Below are positions 1 to 9,279 of a DNA stretch of 64,000 nt, piece by piece. Source of the stretch: a virus. A model generated the notes under the pieces. It was not told the DNA's origin, did not search any database, and was given only the letters and a program-made list of their open reading frames with translations. The DNA is taken from the IMG/VR virus record IMGVR_UViG_3300025133_000022, positions 32,001 through 96,000 of that record. The stretch is one strand, 5' to 3'. Each line of letters opens with the position of its first letter. Within the stretch, counting starts at the first letter, position 1. Made by a program: the position numbers and the translations under genes.

Positions 1-1
1 C

Positions 2-568
2 CCATTTCGCATGAGCATCGAAGACGTCTTCTCCATCAAAGGCAGAGGAACCGTCGTCACTGGATGTGTCGATCGCGGCAGTGTCAAAGTCGGAGACAAA
101 GTCGAAATCATCGGCTTTGGAGAAGAACGTGAAGTCGTGGTAACGGGCACGCAGGCATTCCGTAAGGACATCCCTGCTGCCGAAGCCGGCATGAATGTCG
201 GTCTACTTCTCCGTGGCGTCGCCAAGGACGAAATCAGTACTGGTCAAGTCATGGCGTTCCCCGGCTCCATCAAAAGCTATAAGAATTTCACTTGTGACTT
301 CTTGACACTAACAGCAGAAGAAGGTGGACGAGTTCATCCGTTCAAACCCGGCTACAAGCCCCAGTTCTTCTTCGGCACAACAAATGTCACCGGCACCATC
401 CAGACCATCGACAAAGATGGTGTTGAACAGCCGATCTGCACCCCAGGTGACCGCATCACCTGCAACGTAGAGCTGATGAAAGATGCAGGCATGGACGTAG
501 GTACTCGTTTTGCAGTTCGAGAAGGCAGCCGTACCATCGGTGCAGGTATGATCACCGCTGTCAAGTAA
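2..568 (+). CDS. tuf: Elongation factor Tu, domains II-III (5' part lies upstream of the window)
   Basis: PFRMSIEDVFSIKGRGTVVTG, AGMNVGLLLRG, GYKPQFFFGTTNVTG and RFAVREGSRTIGAG match EF-Tu motifs; the frame is open to the window edge. Confidence 0.93.
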   Translation, partial: PFRMSIEDVFSIKGRGTVVTGCVDRGSVKVGDKVEIIGFGEEREVVVTGTQAFRKDIPAAEAGMNVGLLLRGVAKDEISTGQVMAFPGSIKSYKNFTCDFLTLTAEEGGRVHPFKPGYKPQFFFGTTNVTGTIQTIDKDGVEQPICTPGDRITCNVELMKDAGMDVGTRFAVREGSRTIGAGMITAVK

Positions 569-583
569 ACTCCTTTGGAGTTA

Positions 584-610
584 GAGCCCCGCTTAGCGGG
601 GCTTCTTTTG
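584..610 (+). terminator. Intrinsic terminator after tuf
   Basis: GAGCCCCGC-TTA-GCGGGGCTTC hairpin followed by TTTT. Confidence 0.75.
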
Positions 611-792
611 TGAGCGGCATAACGCCGACAACCTAACATTTTCAGGCACAACCGAAAAAGCAGGTGTTGTGGCGACACCTGCCCTGGTGGTGAAACTAGT
701 CCGGAGTAACTCAAACAGAAGCTGCCACGCTTCAGCTCGAGCCAAATGGACCGGTGGATCCACCTAGGTACTCCCTTTGCCCAGAGTACACT

Positions 793-1515
793 ATGAACCT
801 CTCTCTCATCTGCAACGACAAGACTCTCCAAACAGTCACTCACCGCAGAACCACCTTCTTCGTCGTTGAAGAACACATGCGTGGAAAGCCCTTCGTGGCT
901 CGTGTCACCAACAAACATAATGGCCGCGTTGCCTTTTTTATGTCTATGGACGGTGTCTGTGTTCAGACCGGCAACACAGACTGGACTAACTACCGCCAAG
1001 ACTGTCGAGCCTACCTACTGGATCAACATCGCAGCCAAGATGTCAAAGGCATCCGCACCAGCCAACACACCGAAGGCGAATTCGTCTTCACTGAAGAAGC
1101 ACGCAGTTACGCAACTGCAATTGGAAGCAGCACCAACGCCAAAGGCAGTATTGGACTCATCAGCTGGAGCGAATACGTTGTTCCGAACAAGCCTTCATAC
1201 CTGACTCCACGTACCCGCATGAGTCAAGGGCTTGAAAGCATGGGCGGAGGGCTTGAAAGCATGGGCGGAAGGTTCGAATCTCTTCGCAGCACCGAAAAGG
1301 GTGTCGGTGTTGGCATGGGACGCGACGTGCAAAGCAACGTCCGCACTGCCGAATTCGAATGGGGTCACATGCTGAATCAAACAACCTACCGATACGCAAC
1401 TCGCGCTCAGCTGATAAGTTGGGGGATTCTATATCCCGAGATTCCTGCCGTCGATGCATTCCCCAAACCTGCTCAATACGCAGCTCGAGTGAATACAAAC
1501 CCCTACGAAGAGTAG
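793..1515 (+). CDS. Hypothetical protein with an internal GLESMGG tandem repeat
   Basis: Long ORF; probable ATG at 793; 21-bp repeat at about 1228-1269. Confidence 0.7.
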   Translation: MNLSLICNDKTLQTVTHRRTTFFVVEEHMRGKPFVARVTNKHNGRVAFFMSMDGVCVQTGNTDWTNYRQDCRAYLLDQHRSQDVKGIRTSQHTEGEFVFTEEARSYATAIGSSTNAKGSIGLISWSEYVVPNKPSYLTPRTRMSQGLESMGGGLESMGGRFESLRSTEKGVGVGMGRDVQSNVRTAEFEWGHMLNQTTYRYATRAQLISWGILYPEIPAVDAFPKPAQYAARVNTNPYEE

Positions 1516-1578
1516 ATTCTGCAAAACTAGGCGTGCGTAGCACGCCTTCTTAGTTGAGAGCTGCAACAGGAGCTCCCA

Positions 1579-1971
1579 ATGATAACAATTTTCCACTGGA
1601 AAGCCATTGGATATGATCCAACAAATCGATTCCCCAACGGCTTCCACATTTTGTTCGATTACGACGCACCCAAGTACATCGTAATTCTAACGCTTCAACA
1701 CCTTCTGGGATACATGCCCTACATAACGGATGCATTTCCGTTTAGTGATCTTCTTCCAGAAGCGACTCTTGACCAAGAAAGTCTAACTTGGAAACTGAAC
1801 AAATCATTATTTGTTCAATCTAAGCAAATGCAATCAAAAGTCATCCCAGCAGGAACCGTAGTAAAGCATCAACTTTGCCACGAATTGCTATTCTCCCCAA
1901 CAGAAAGAGAAAAATGGAACTCACAGCAAAAGGCGCCAGCGCCAACATCCCTCCCAACGTCGCCAGTCTGA
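1579..1971 (+). CDS. Hypothetical protein
   Basis: ORF preceded by AGGAG. Confidence 0.55.
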   Translation: MITIFHWKAIGYDPTNRFPNGFHILFDYDAPKYIVILTLQHLLGYMPYITDAFPFSDLLPEATLDQESLTWKLNKSLFVQSKQMQSKVIPAGTVVKHQLCHELLFSPTEREKWNSQQKAPAPTSLPTSPV

Positions 1972-2465
1972 ACATCTTCCTGAGTTGGCAGAAGCCAGTC
2001 GATTTCGACCTGCTGATCATCGGCCAGAGATCCGATGGCTCCCACCACGCCTTCTACTTCGGCAACAAAACCGGTACGGGTATTCAGCTCGGCGAAGATG
2101 CTGGTGTGGGTGACTCCGGAGACAGCAACAACGAAGAAGCCACCATCGATGCCAGCTTCTGGGACACCTACGAAAAAGCACTGGTCGGAATCATCGACTA
2201 TCCAAACGTCAGCGCCGGACAGAACGGACGGTTCGACACCGACACCCCGACAGTCATGGTCATGGGCATGGATGCTGGTGGCTCTCAGGTGGTTGACCAC
2301 CTGGCACGCCCAGATGGTGGAACACTCGATGGCAATGCCTATGCGGTGGCCAAGCTCACCCGCAGTGGCCCTGTCACCCGCTTCGAGGTCGTAAGCGAAG
2401 AAACCCTTCTGAAGGGTTTCGACGGTACAGCCATCGAAAACTGGGCCAGAGGCATTCTCGCCTAA
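1914..2465 (+). CDS. TerD/TerA-like stress protein
   Basis: LSWQKPVDFDL...FYFGNK...QLGEDAGVGD...NEEATI resembles the TerD fold; neighbours TerB-like and vWA genes. Confidence 0.6.
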   Translation: MELTAKGASANIPPNVASLNIFLSWQKPVDFDLLIIGQRSDGSHHAFYFGNKTGTGIQLGEDAGVGDSGDSNNEEATIDASFWDTYEKALVGIIDYPNVSAGQNGRFDTDTPTVMVMGMDAGGSQVVDHLARPDGGTLDGNAYAVAKLTRSGPVTRFEVVSEETLLKGFDGTAIENWARGILA

Positions 2466-2592
2466 AGCTACTAGTTTCAGTCGAAACACATAGCTCACAA
2501 ACCGGGGTGCGTAGCACCCCCTTTTCTTCGGGCTTGATTAAAGCCATTCGAATTAAATCTCCTACAACTTCCTCCAACAGTTGAGACTCACA

Positions 2593-3003
2593 ATGACAAT
2601 CGTGACCCTTCTCTCCCTCGTAAGTGCAACCTTGACCGCCTTGAGTGCCTCTGTCAAGGCCGATGGTGTCGTCGACGCCGACGAAGTCAACTCCCTCGAA
2701 AGCGAAATCTACGCCGACGGGTCTGTCGATGCTGAAGAAGTCGCTGTCCTCTTCGACATCGCCGACAACTGCACCTATGACTCCAACTTCGAGAACCTCG
2801 TCAGTCGCGCCGTGCGCGACTGGGCCTACGCCGATGGCTCTGTCGATGCCAGCGAAGCCACCCACCTCCGCTCCTTCATCGAAGCCGACGGTGAGTACTC
2901 GGATCTCGAGATCCGCATCCTCAACGAGATCTTGAACTCCGGAGCCAGCATGCCCGACGACTTCAAGAGCTGGGCCAGCGGCATCGTGAACCATCCTGAT
3001 TGA
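2593..3003 (+). CDS. TerB-like acidic protein
   Basis: Repeated ADG-x-VD-xx-E motifs typical of TerB-like metal-binding proteins. Confidence 0.6.
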   Translation: MTIVTLLSLVSATLTALSASVKADGVVDADEVNSLESEIYADGSVDAEEVAVLFDIADNCTYDSNFENLVSRAVRDWAYADGSVDASEATHLRSFIEADGEYSDLEIRILNEILNSGASMPDDFKSWASGIVNHPD

Positions 3004-3088
3004 TTTGTATCAAATCAAACCTGAAGCCCCTGCCACGGCAGGGGCTTCTTGTTGTGAATTCTTTCCAGCTTCAACCCCAAGGACCACT

Positions 3089-3871
3089 ATGAAACTTACA
3101 TCAAAGACAGCAAAAGATAAAAACATGAACCGCATGGTTCTACAAGCCAAAACCACTGCAGCCAAAAAAGGCTTATTCAATCGCAAAGCCCAAGTTTATC
3201 TTAGCATTGATACCAGTGGTAGCATGCGCGACCACTATCGTAGTGGACGCGTACAAGAAATCGTCGAGCGCATGCTGGCCATCGCCCTAAACTTTGATGA
3301 TGACAAAGAAATTCGTATCTTTGCCTTTGGTACACAGCCTGTTGACTGTGGCGTAGTCACCATGAAGAACTACCACGAGTGCGTGGTCTACAACCCCAGT
3401 CGTAGCGTCACCATCAACGGCACCAATATCCGTCTTACCGGCACCAACTACGCTCCAGTATTCGAAGCTGTACTTCAAGACGCCTTCGGCATCAACTGGG
3501 AAACACTCAACAACCCCAAAGGGCTTTTTGGCTTCGGCAAAACCAAGAGCAGTCGCCCTAGTGTCAAGAACCCCTTGGACAACCCGGTCTTTCACTTGTT
3601 CGTCACCGACGGCGAGTGCGCAGACCGAAACGCCTCTCTAGCCATTGTAGACAAGAGCAGTAAGCTGCCGATGTTCACTCAGTTTGCAGGCTTCGGAAGG
3701 GATTTCCACACCCTAAGTCAAATTGACAACATGCAAGGTCGCTATGTCGACAATGCTGGAGTCTTCACGGCCTCCAGCCTGAATATCACTGATCAACAAC
3801 TGTTTGACGGCATGTTAAACGAATTTCCCGACTGGCTTCGGGCTACCTCAAACAAAGGCTGGTACAAATGA
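3089..3871 (+). CDS. vWA domain protein (TerF-associated type)
   Basis: MIDAS motif SIDTSGSM, GTNYAPV, FVTDGE, QFAGFG, DNAGVF. Confidence 0.85.
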   Translation: MKLTSKTAKDKNMNRMVLQAKTTAAKKGLFNRKAQVYLSIDTSGSMRDHYRSGRVQEIVERMLAIALNFDDDKEIRIFAFGTQPVDCGVVTMKNYHECVVYNPSRSVTINGTNIRLTGTNYAPVFEAVLQDAFGINWETLNNPKGLFGFGKTKSSRPSVKNPLDNPVFHLFVTDGECADRNASLAIVDKSSKLPMFTQFAGFGRDFHTLSQIDNMQGRYVDNAGVFTASSLNITDQQLFDGMLNEFPDWLRATSNKGWYK

Positions 3872-4164
3872 ATACAGAAACCACAGAAGCTAAAGCTACT
3901 GTGGAGAAGGTGCCCGAGAAGAAAGCCGTCAAGAAGATACAATTCACCTTCGAAGATGGCACAGTCACCAGGCTGTGCTTTGATTACCAAGAGTGGTGGG
4001 TTGAAGATGGCGAAGGCGTCATCCTGGAGCCAGATGGTAAAAACGAGTTCTATAAGAACTCAGCCAACATCACAGGCTACTTAACTGAAATGGCTGGCTG
4101 GGGATACCTCATCCAGCCAATGTTCGGTCCTAAATTCATGCTAACGCCACCTGAAGCTCAGTAG
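3868..4164 (+). CDS. Hypothetical protein
   Basis: ORF with a 4-bp overlap with the vWA gene; terminator hairpin follows at 4168-4190. Confidence 0.6.
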   Translation: MNTETTEAKATVEKVPEKKAVKKIQFTFEDGTVTRLCFDYQEWWVEDGEGVILEPDGKNEFYKNSANITGYLTEMAGWGYLIQPMFGPKFMLTPPEAQ

Positions 4165-4194
4165 TTCAAGCCCGCCTAAGGCGGGCTTCTTAAT

Positions 4195-4312
4195 TGAGTC
4201 AGAAGAGAGCCCTAAGGTCCTATGGGCTATATCTCTAAGCTGCTGTAGTAGACATGTAATCACATGTCAGACACGATAAATAGCTGGCGTAGGCGCGATC
4301 CAGCCTGACTCA
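4195..4312 (+). ncRNA. Candidate ~118-nt structured RNA or leader upstream of the antiporter
   Basis: TGAGTCAG/CTGACTCA closing stem, three internal hairpins, followed by TCTTTTTT. Confidence 0.45.
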
Positions 4313-4345
4313 TCTTTTTTAAAACTTCCTTCTACTGAGGTTCAC

Positions 4346-5428
4346 TTGGAAGCACTCTATCCTCTATTTATGATTCTTATCGCTTGTGTCGGCATCATGT
4401 ATGCCTGCAACCTGTTCGAGCAAGCCTCTGACTACCTTGGCCGAAATATGGCCCCTGGTGTTAAAGGCGCGACCATAAATGCCATTGGCAGCTCTCTTCC
4501 AGAGCTGTTCACTACACTCATTCTGCTCTTCTTTTACAAAGACATGGATGGGTTTACTGGTGGAGTCGCGACAACTGCAGGCTCAGCAGTCTTTAACGCT
4601 GTTCTCATACCTGCAAGTGTAATTCTAGCCGTCACAGTCTGGAAAGCAACTACCAGCGATATCAAGATTAGTCGACCGGTCCTCCTGCGAGACGGCTTCT
4701 TCGTCATCGTAGCCGAGCTTGCCCTGATCTTCTTCCTGGGTGCAGCTGAACTAACTACCTGGATGGGTTTGGTCCTCATGAGCATCTACGGTGCGTACTT
4801 CACGTACTTGATGATACAAAACCTACACCACGAAGAAGAAAATGAGAAAGAAGACGAACACCTAGTAGCCCTGGGATTCTGGCAAGACCTTTGGACCGGC
4901 ACCACCGGCAAGGATGACATTGGCTTTGACAAAGGCCCCGATAGCAGTGCATTGCACGGGGACTTGCGTGCATGGATCTTCTTAAGCCTGGCTACCAGCG
5001 CAGTTGGTGCATTCTGTCACCTGCTGGCTCACGCCACCGTTAGTCTAGCTACTATCTGGGAAGTGCCGTTGTTTATCACAACAGTCGTCTTCGCAGCAGC
5101 AGCAACCAGCGTTCCAGACACAATCATCAGCATCAAGGATGCACTCAAGGGCGAGTACGAAGATGCTGTTGCCAATGCCATTGGCAGCAATATCTTTGAT
5201 GTCTGCTTTTCCCTAGGGTTGCCCCTGGCACTTTACACAATTGTCTACGGTCCTGTACACCTTCAAGGCGGAGCGGAAATACAAGTTCTCCGCTGGGTAA
5301 TGCTTGGTTTCACCCTGGTCGTCCTTGCCGTATTTCTCAAAGGTAAAGTTGGTAAAAAAGCTGGCTACACAATGCTTGGCATGTACTTCAGCTGGTTAAG
5401 CTATATCGCATACATTGCTTTTAGCTAA
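4346..5428 (+). CDS. Sodium:calcium antiporter (CaCA/YrbG family)
   Basis: Two alpha-repeats, AIGSSLPELFT and AAATSVPDTIIS...NAIGSNIFD; multiple TM helices; TTG start. Confidence 0.9.
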   Translation: MEALYPLFMILIACVGIMYACNLFEQASDYLGRNMAPGVKGATINAIGSSLPELFTTLILLFFYKDMDGFTGGVATTAGSAVFNAVLIPASVILAVTVWKATTSDIKISRPVLLRDGFFVIVAELALIFFLGAAELTTWMGLVLMSIYGAYFTYLMIQNLHHEEENEKEDEHLVALGFWQDLWTGTTGKDDIGFDKGPDSSALHGDLRAWIFLSLATSAVGAFCHLLAHATVSLATIWEVPLFITTVVFAAAATSVPDTIISIKDALKGEYEDAVANAIGSNIFDVCFSLGLPLALYTIVYGPVHLQGGAEIQVLRWVMLGFTLVVLAVFLKGKVGKKAGYTMLGMYFSWLSYIAYIAFS

Positions 5429-5486
5429 TATTAAAGTGGGACAATGCGTCCCACTTCTTAATTGAAACACAAACAGAAGAGAATTA

Positions 5487-5789
5487 ATGACTCCAGGAAC
5501 TATTATCCAGGCAAAGACTTTATACTTTTTAGTACTTTACCCTATTAAAAACAATATTAAAATACCATGCGTTGCATTGTCTACCGAACCTTATGATAGT
5601 GGTGTCATTGATATTGTCCTTTCTAATAAAGGGCAATATTATCTACTGCCAGCGGTTGCAATGATTAAAAAGACGACCCTAGAAGAAATGAAAACAATAG
5701 CAAATGCCGACCAAGATCAACTAAAAGCTATTGCACACTCTCCTTCGGTAGTTAGTCAAATACAATACATAATGAAACAAAATCAATAA
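5487..5789 (+). CDS. Hypothetical protein
   Basis: ORF track. Confidence 0.55.
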   Translation: MTPGTIIQAKTLYFLVLYPIKNNIKIPCVALSTEPYDSGVIDIVLSNKGQYYLLPAVAMIKKTTLEEMKTIANADQDQLKAIAHSPSVVSQIQYIMKQNQ

Positions 5790-5795
5790 GGAAAC

Positions 5796-6170
5796 ATGCT
5801 TTCTATTCTAGCCAAAATATTACTGCTCCCATTTGAAATACTATACTATTTCAAACCAGAACTAAGAAAAAGATTCGCACCAAAACCACATGAACTTATG
5901 GATGTAGACAACTCCCCCAATATGCATCCAAAAATTCAAGACGCATGCAAAACACTAGCCCTCGGTCTAATTTCTGGACCTGTTTCAAACCATGTAACAT
6001 TCCACCTGCTGCATGACGAAGGTCGTGATGTAGTAGTAGATGTTTATTTTGTAGACGGACTAAGTCCATCTCAAAAAATTGCACGTCTCGAAGCCCTGCT
6101 AGAAGAAGCTGGGGTGGAAAATCCTTTCCACTTTAGTAAAACAAGACTGGACAAACCTAACATGAGGTAA
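5796..6170 (+). CDS. Hypothetical protein
   Basis: ORF with AAGGA RBS. Confidence 0.6.
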   Translation: MLSILAKILLLPFEILYYFKPELRKRFAPKPHELMDVDNSPNMHPKIQDACKTLALGLISGPVSNHVTFHLLHDEGRDVVVDVYFVDGLSPSQKIARLEALLEEAGVENPFHFSKTRLDKPNMR

Positions 6171-6404
6171 TGCATGAAATTCTATTTTGGATATATTGTA
6201 GGTTGGGCAACAGCAATCTGTCTTTTCAGTCCTGGAGACTGGCCAAGTATTCTCGGTGCCATTCTTGGCTGCGGGGCTGGCAGTGCGATTTACCATAAGC
6301 TCAATCGCTAAGAACCACGCCATGGGGCGACGTAGTCGCCCCTGCGGCAAAGAGTTTAGTTACAGAGCGAATAGCTCACCCACCGCACACCCCCTAGATA
6401 CACA

Positions 6405-6755
6405 ATGAAACTTACATACGAAGGCGAAACCGTCACATTCGAAGACTGGACTCCAGAAGAGTCTCAGCTCGGAAAGATTCGTCTCATGCTAGAAGCAGGA
6501 GATATGGCAGAAGGCATCTGGGTTTGGATTCATCCTGACTACAGAGCCAAATACGACAATAACGACTCTTGCGGTGAACTCATTGTCTGCGCGTTAGCAA
6601 ACCAAAGCCTCCTAGGTATTCCCTGGGGGGCCTACGTGCTAGCTCGTACCAATGGGGAAAGCAGACCAGAGTGTTACGCAATGAGTCACGACGGCCTAGA
6701 AAGCCCTAGAGACTTTACTCTTTGCCCAAATCTGAAATACAAAGGCGAAAGATGA
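6405..6755 (+). CDS. Hypothetical protein
   Basis: ORF track. Confidence 0.6.
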   Translation: MKLTYEGETVTFEDWTPEESQLGKIRLMLEAGDMAEGIWVWIHPDYRAKYDNNDSCGELIVCALANQSLLGIPWGAYVLARTNGESRPECYAMSHDGLESPRDFTLCPNLKYKGER

Positions 6756-6789
6756 ACATACTCATCTGATGGCCTCACTGTAAACCTAT

Positions 6790-6873
6790 GCGAGTATGGC
6801 GGAATGGTATACGCATCCGGTTTAAAACCGGTAGGGGCTTGTCCTCGTGAGGGTTCGACTCCCTCTACTCGTA
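6790..6873 (+). tRNA. tRNA-Leu(TAA)
   Basis: Cloverleaf with long variable arm; loop ttTAAaa; GGTTCGA T-loop. Confidence 0.9.
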
Positions 6874-6878
6874 CTTTG

Positions 6879-7565
6879 TTAAAACCAAAGCTTATCTGTC
6901 CCTAAGACCAGAACACTATTACTAACAGGACTCATGCTGTGGTTTTCAGGATCGTCCATTGCAACAACCATACCTAGAACGCACCCCCTACTATCAAAAA
7001 CAGGGCCACCACTATTTCCAGGTAAGACTCTTGCGTCTATGTATATGAATCCATCAATATCATTAGTAATAGCTCCACAAGTAACTTCACCTATTCGTCC
7101 AAGTGGCGCACCAACAACACAAACAGAATCACCAACAACGGTATTGCTAGCAATTCTGCTTGGCCTAAGTCCCACAGGCAGCGCATCTACCTGCCAATAC
7201 GCCCAGTCGTGCCTAAGGCTCTCTCCAACAATTGGCCCAACTGCATTAAATCGATCTAAGGCAATGCAATTGTGCTCACTAGAGCACACTTCAAGTACTC
7301 CAGGTAAAGTCATCGTACCCAAAGCAACGTGCTGCGCAGTCACAATCTTGTAATGCCAACCATCCTTGACAACCCAAGCAGATCCAATTACTTGAGAAGG
7401 AAAAGCCAAATCTGGAAGCACACTAACGTCAGGTGTAAACTGAATATAGCCTGTTTGACTTACCAGTGCTGACACATGATCAACACGTCTTCCTGCTTGA
7501 GCATGACATGCTGCCAAAGCAAGAAACACCACACTTGCTATCACATTTGTAATTTTACTCCACAC
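6879..7565 (-). CDS. Trypsin-like serine protease, predicted lipoprotein
   Basis: TAQH (His), HDWA (Asp), GNSGGP (Ser); GTG start after GAGGAGG; signal peptide ending LAAC (lipobox). Confidence 0.85.
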   Translation of the reverse strand: MWSKITNVIASVVFLALAACHAQAGRRVDHVSALVSQTGYIQFTPDVSVLPDLAFPSQVIGSAWVVKDGWHYKIVTAQHVALGTMTLPGVLEVCSSEHNCIALDRFNAVGPIVGESLRHDWAYWQVDALPVGLRPSRIASNTVVGDSVCVVGAPLGRIGEVTCGAITNDIDGFIYIDARVLPGNSGGPVFDSRGCVLGMVVAMDDPENHSMSPVSNSVLVLGTDKLWF

Positions 7566-7597
7566 AAAACACCTCCTCAAATAGTGTAGCACAACAA

Positions 7598-7675
7598 TGC
7601 AACGTAGCTCAGCGGTAGAGCAGCTCGCGCACAACGCCTGGTTTGTCGGTGGTTCAAATCCACCCGTTGCAACCA
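7598..7675 (+). tRNA. Degenerate tRNA (possible CAC anticodon, unpaired anticodon stem)
   Basis: Good acceptor stem, D arm, T arm and encoded CCA; the anticodon arm does not pair. Confidence 0.55.
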
Positions 7676-7686
7676 CAGGAAAAGCA

Positions 7687-8370
7687 ATGCAAATCACTGG
7701 AAAATTAAAATTAGATCCACAGGTACTTGCCACCGGCAAAACCCGCATACGGATCATCAGACGCCATAGCCAGCAACTAGCTATCTGTGCTCGTGCATAT
7801 GTTCCTCACCTCGAAAACAGTACACGAAGAAAAGCAAATCAACTAGACCAATTACTGGTTGATGACCCAAATTACTGGATTCGCCGCAAAGGAAAAATCA
7901 GTGAAGCTCACAAACTAGAAAGCCTCTTAGAGCATGCTCGTGAGATTGCACAAACTCAAAACAACTATCCAGAAATTAAGAAAATCTTGCAAGACACTAT
8001 CAAACAGATAGACAGTAGTCTTGTCCTTACCAGACAAGATAAAGGATGGGCAATTCTTAATGTATCCAAAAGCACTATCCTTCCATATCTTAAAAGCATC
8101 AGAAACACTGGTGTTCGTATAAACACCAGTGTTTGGGGTCCACACATTTCCGTAATTCGCGGAGAGCTTAGCCATTGGGAAGCTTCTCAAATGCATATGC
8201 TAGACGGAATGAAATTTGAAGTTGAGATAGGCGACACTATTCGCAAAAACCGTTCAGGTTACCACTGGCTAACAGTAAAATCCCGCAGATTAGAAAATTT
8301 GCGCTCAGAGCTAGATCTGCCACCTAGACCAAGCCCACCATTTCATCTAACTATCGGCAAAGGATGCTAA
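7687..8370 (+). CDS. Putative 2H phosphoesterase domain protein
   Basis: Two Hx(S/T) motifs (PHISVIRG and FHLTIG) spaced as in the 2H superfamily. Confidence 0.6.
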   Translation: MQITGKLKLDPQVLATGKTRIRIIRRHSQQLAICARAYVPHLENSTRRKANQLDQLLVDDPNYWIRRKGKISEAHKLESLLEHAREIAQTQNNYPEIKKILQDTIKQIDSSLVLTRQDKGWAILNVSKSTILPYLKSIRNTGVRINTSVWGPHISVIRGELSHWEASQMHMLDGMKFEVEIGDTIRKNRSGYHWLTVKSRRLENLRSELDLPPRPSPPFHLTIGKGC

Positions 8371-8546
8371 ACAGCAAGTTGTTTTTACCAGGACTTGCAG
8401 GAACCCTAACAATGGCCACGATCAAGTGGCAAGTTCAAGGAACTATCCTGGAGTGTCCTGTACCTCTTCATTATGGCATCTACTTATGTCTGTTTGCTCT
8501 GCTTCTACCTGTCGCAGAGTGGATACTACAACAGGTACAAAAATGA
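8364..8546 (+). CDS. Small membrane protein
   Basis: Two hydrophobic segments; overlaps both neighbours. Confidence 0.45.
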   Translation: MLNSKLFLPGLAGTLTMATIKWQVQGTILECPVPLHYGIYLCLFALLLPVAEWILQQVQK

Positions 8547-9097
8547 GCACATACTTCACAAGCGACACCCACTTCGGCCACAGAGGTATCATGCGCTGGG
8601 CAAAGAGACCTTTTGCCAGCGTAGAAGAAATGGACAAAGAAATGATTCGTCGGTGGAATGAAACAGTAGGCACTAACGACACTGTTTATCACCTAGGCGA
8701 CTTTGGGTTCCACAGTACAGCTGAACAACTGGATCCAATCCTAGCACAATTAAATGGCAAAATTCATTTGATTCTCGGCAACCATGATCAAAATCCAAAC
8801 ATTGAAACATTTGCTCACTGGCGAATCACTAGCTTTAAAGAACTACTCAAAATAAGAGTAGGTGGACAAGACATTGTGCTTTGCCACTACCCATTACAAG
8901 AATGGGATGGAGCATTCAGAGGAACATGGCATCTCCATGGTCACTCCCATAATCAATGGCCAATAAGTTCCTGGAAGCAAATTGATGTTGGCACTGACGG
9001 TCACGCATTTCACCCATGGTCAATGCAAGAACTTCATATCGAAATGTCAAAACGCAAAATCATGACTTCAGAAATCTATCAATCTCAGCCAAGTTAG
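8543..9097 (+). CDS. Calcineurin-like metallophosphoesterase
   Basis: SDTHFGH, HLGDF, LGNHD, LCHYP, HLHGHSH motifs. Confidence 0.9.
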   Translation: MSTYFTSDTHFGHRGIMRWAKRPFASVEEMDKEMIRRWNETVGTNDTVYHLGDFGFHSTAEQLDPILAQLNGKIHLILGNHDQNPNIETFAHWRITSFKELLKIRVGGQDIVLCHYPLQEWDGAFRGTWHLHGHSHNQWPISSWKQIDVGTDGHAFHPWSMQELHIEMSKRKIMTSEIYQSQPS

Positions 9098-9165
9098 TTC
9101 AGTCTGGCCAGAGCACCTGGTTTGTAAGCAGGATGTCGTCGGTTCGAATCCGACACTTGGCTCCA
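9088..9165 (+). tRNA. tRNA-Thr(TGT)
   Basis: Cloverleaf; loop ttTGTaa; CCA encoded. Confidence 0.88.
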
Positions 9166-9279
9166 TTCTATTTGACCGTCGGTCAAAAACACCAGCAAAC
9201 TCAAGCAAATCTTGATAAGCTCTAAATGTTCTAGCATTAACACAGTAGATAGCGCAATAAAAATCCCTAAAGGAAAACT

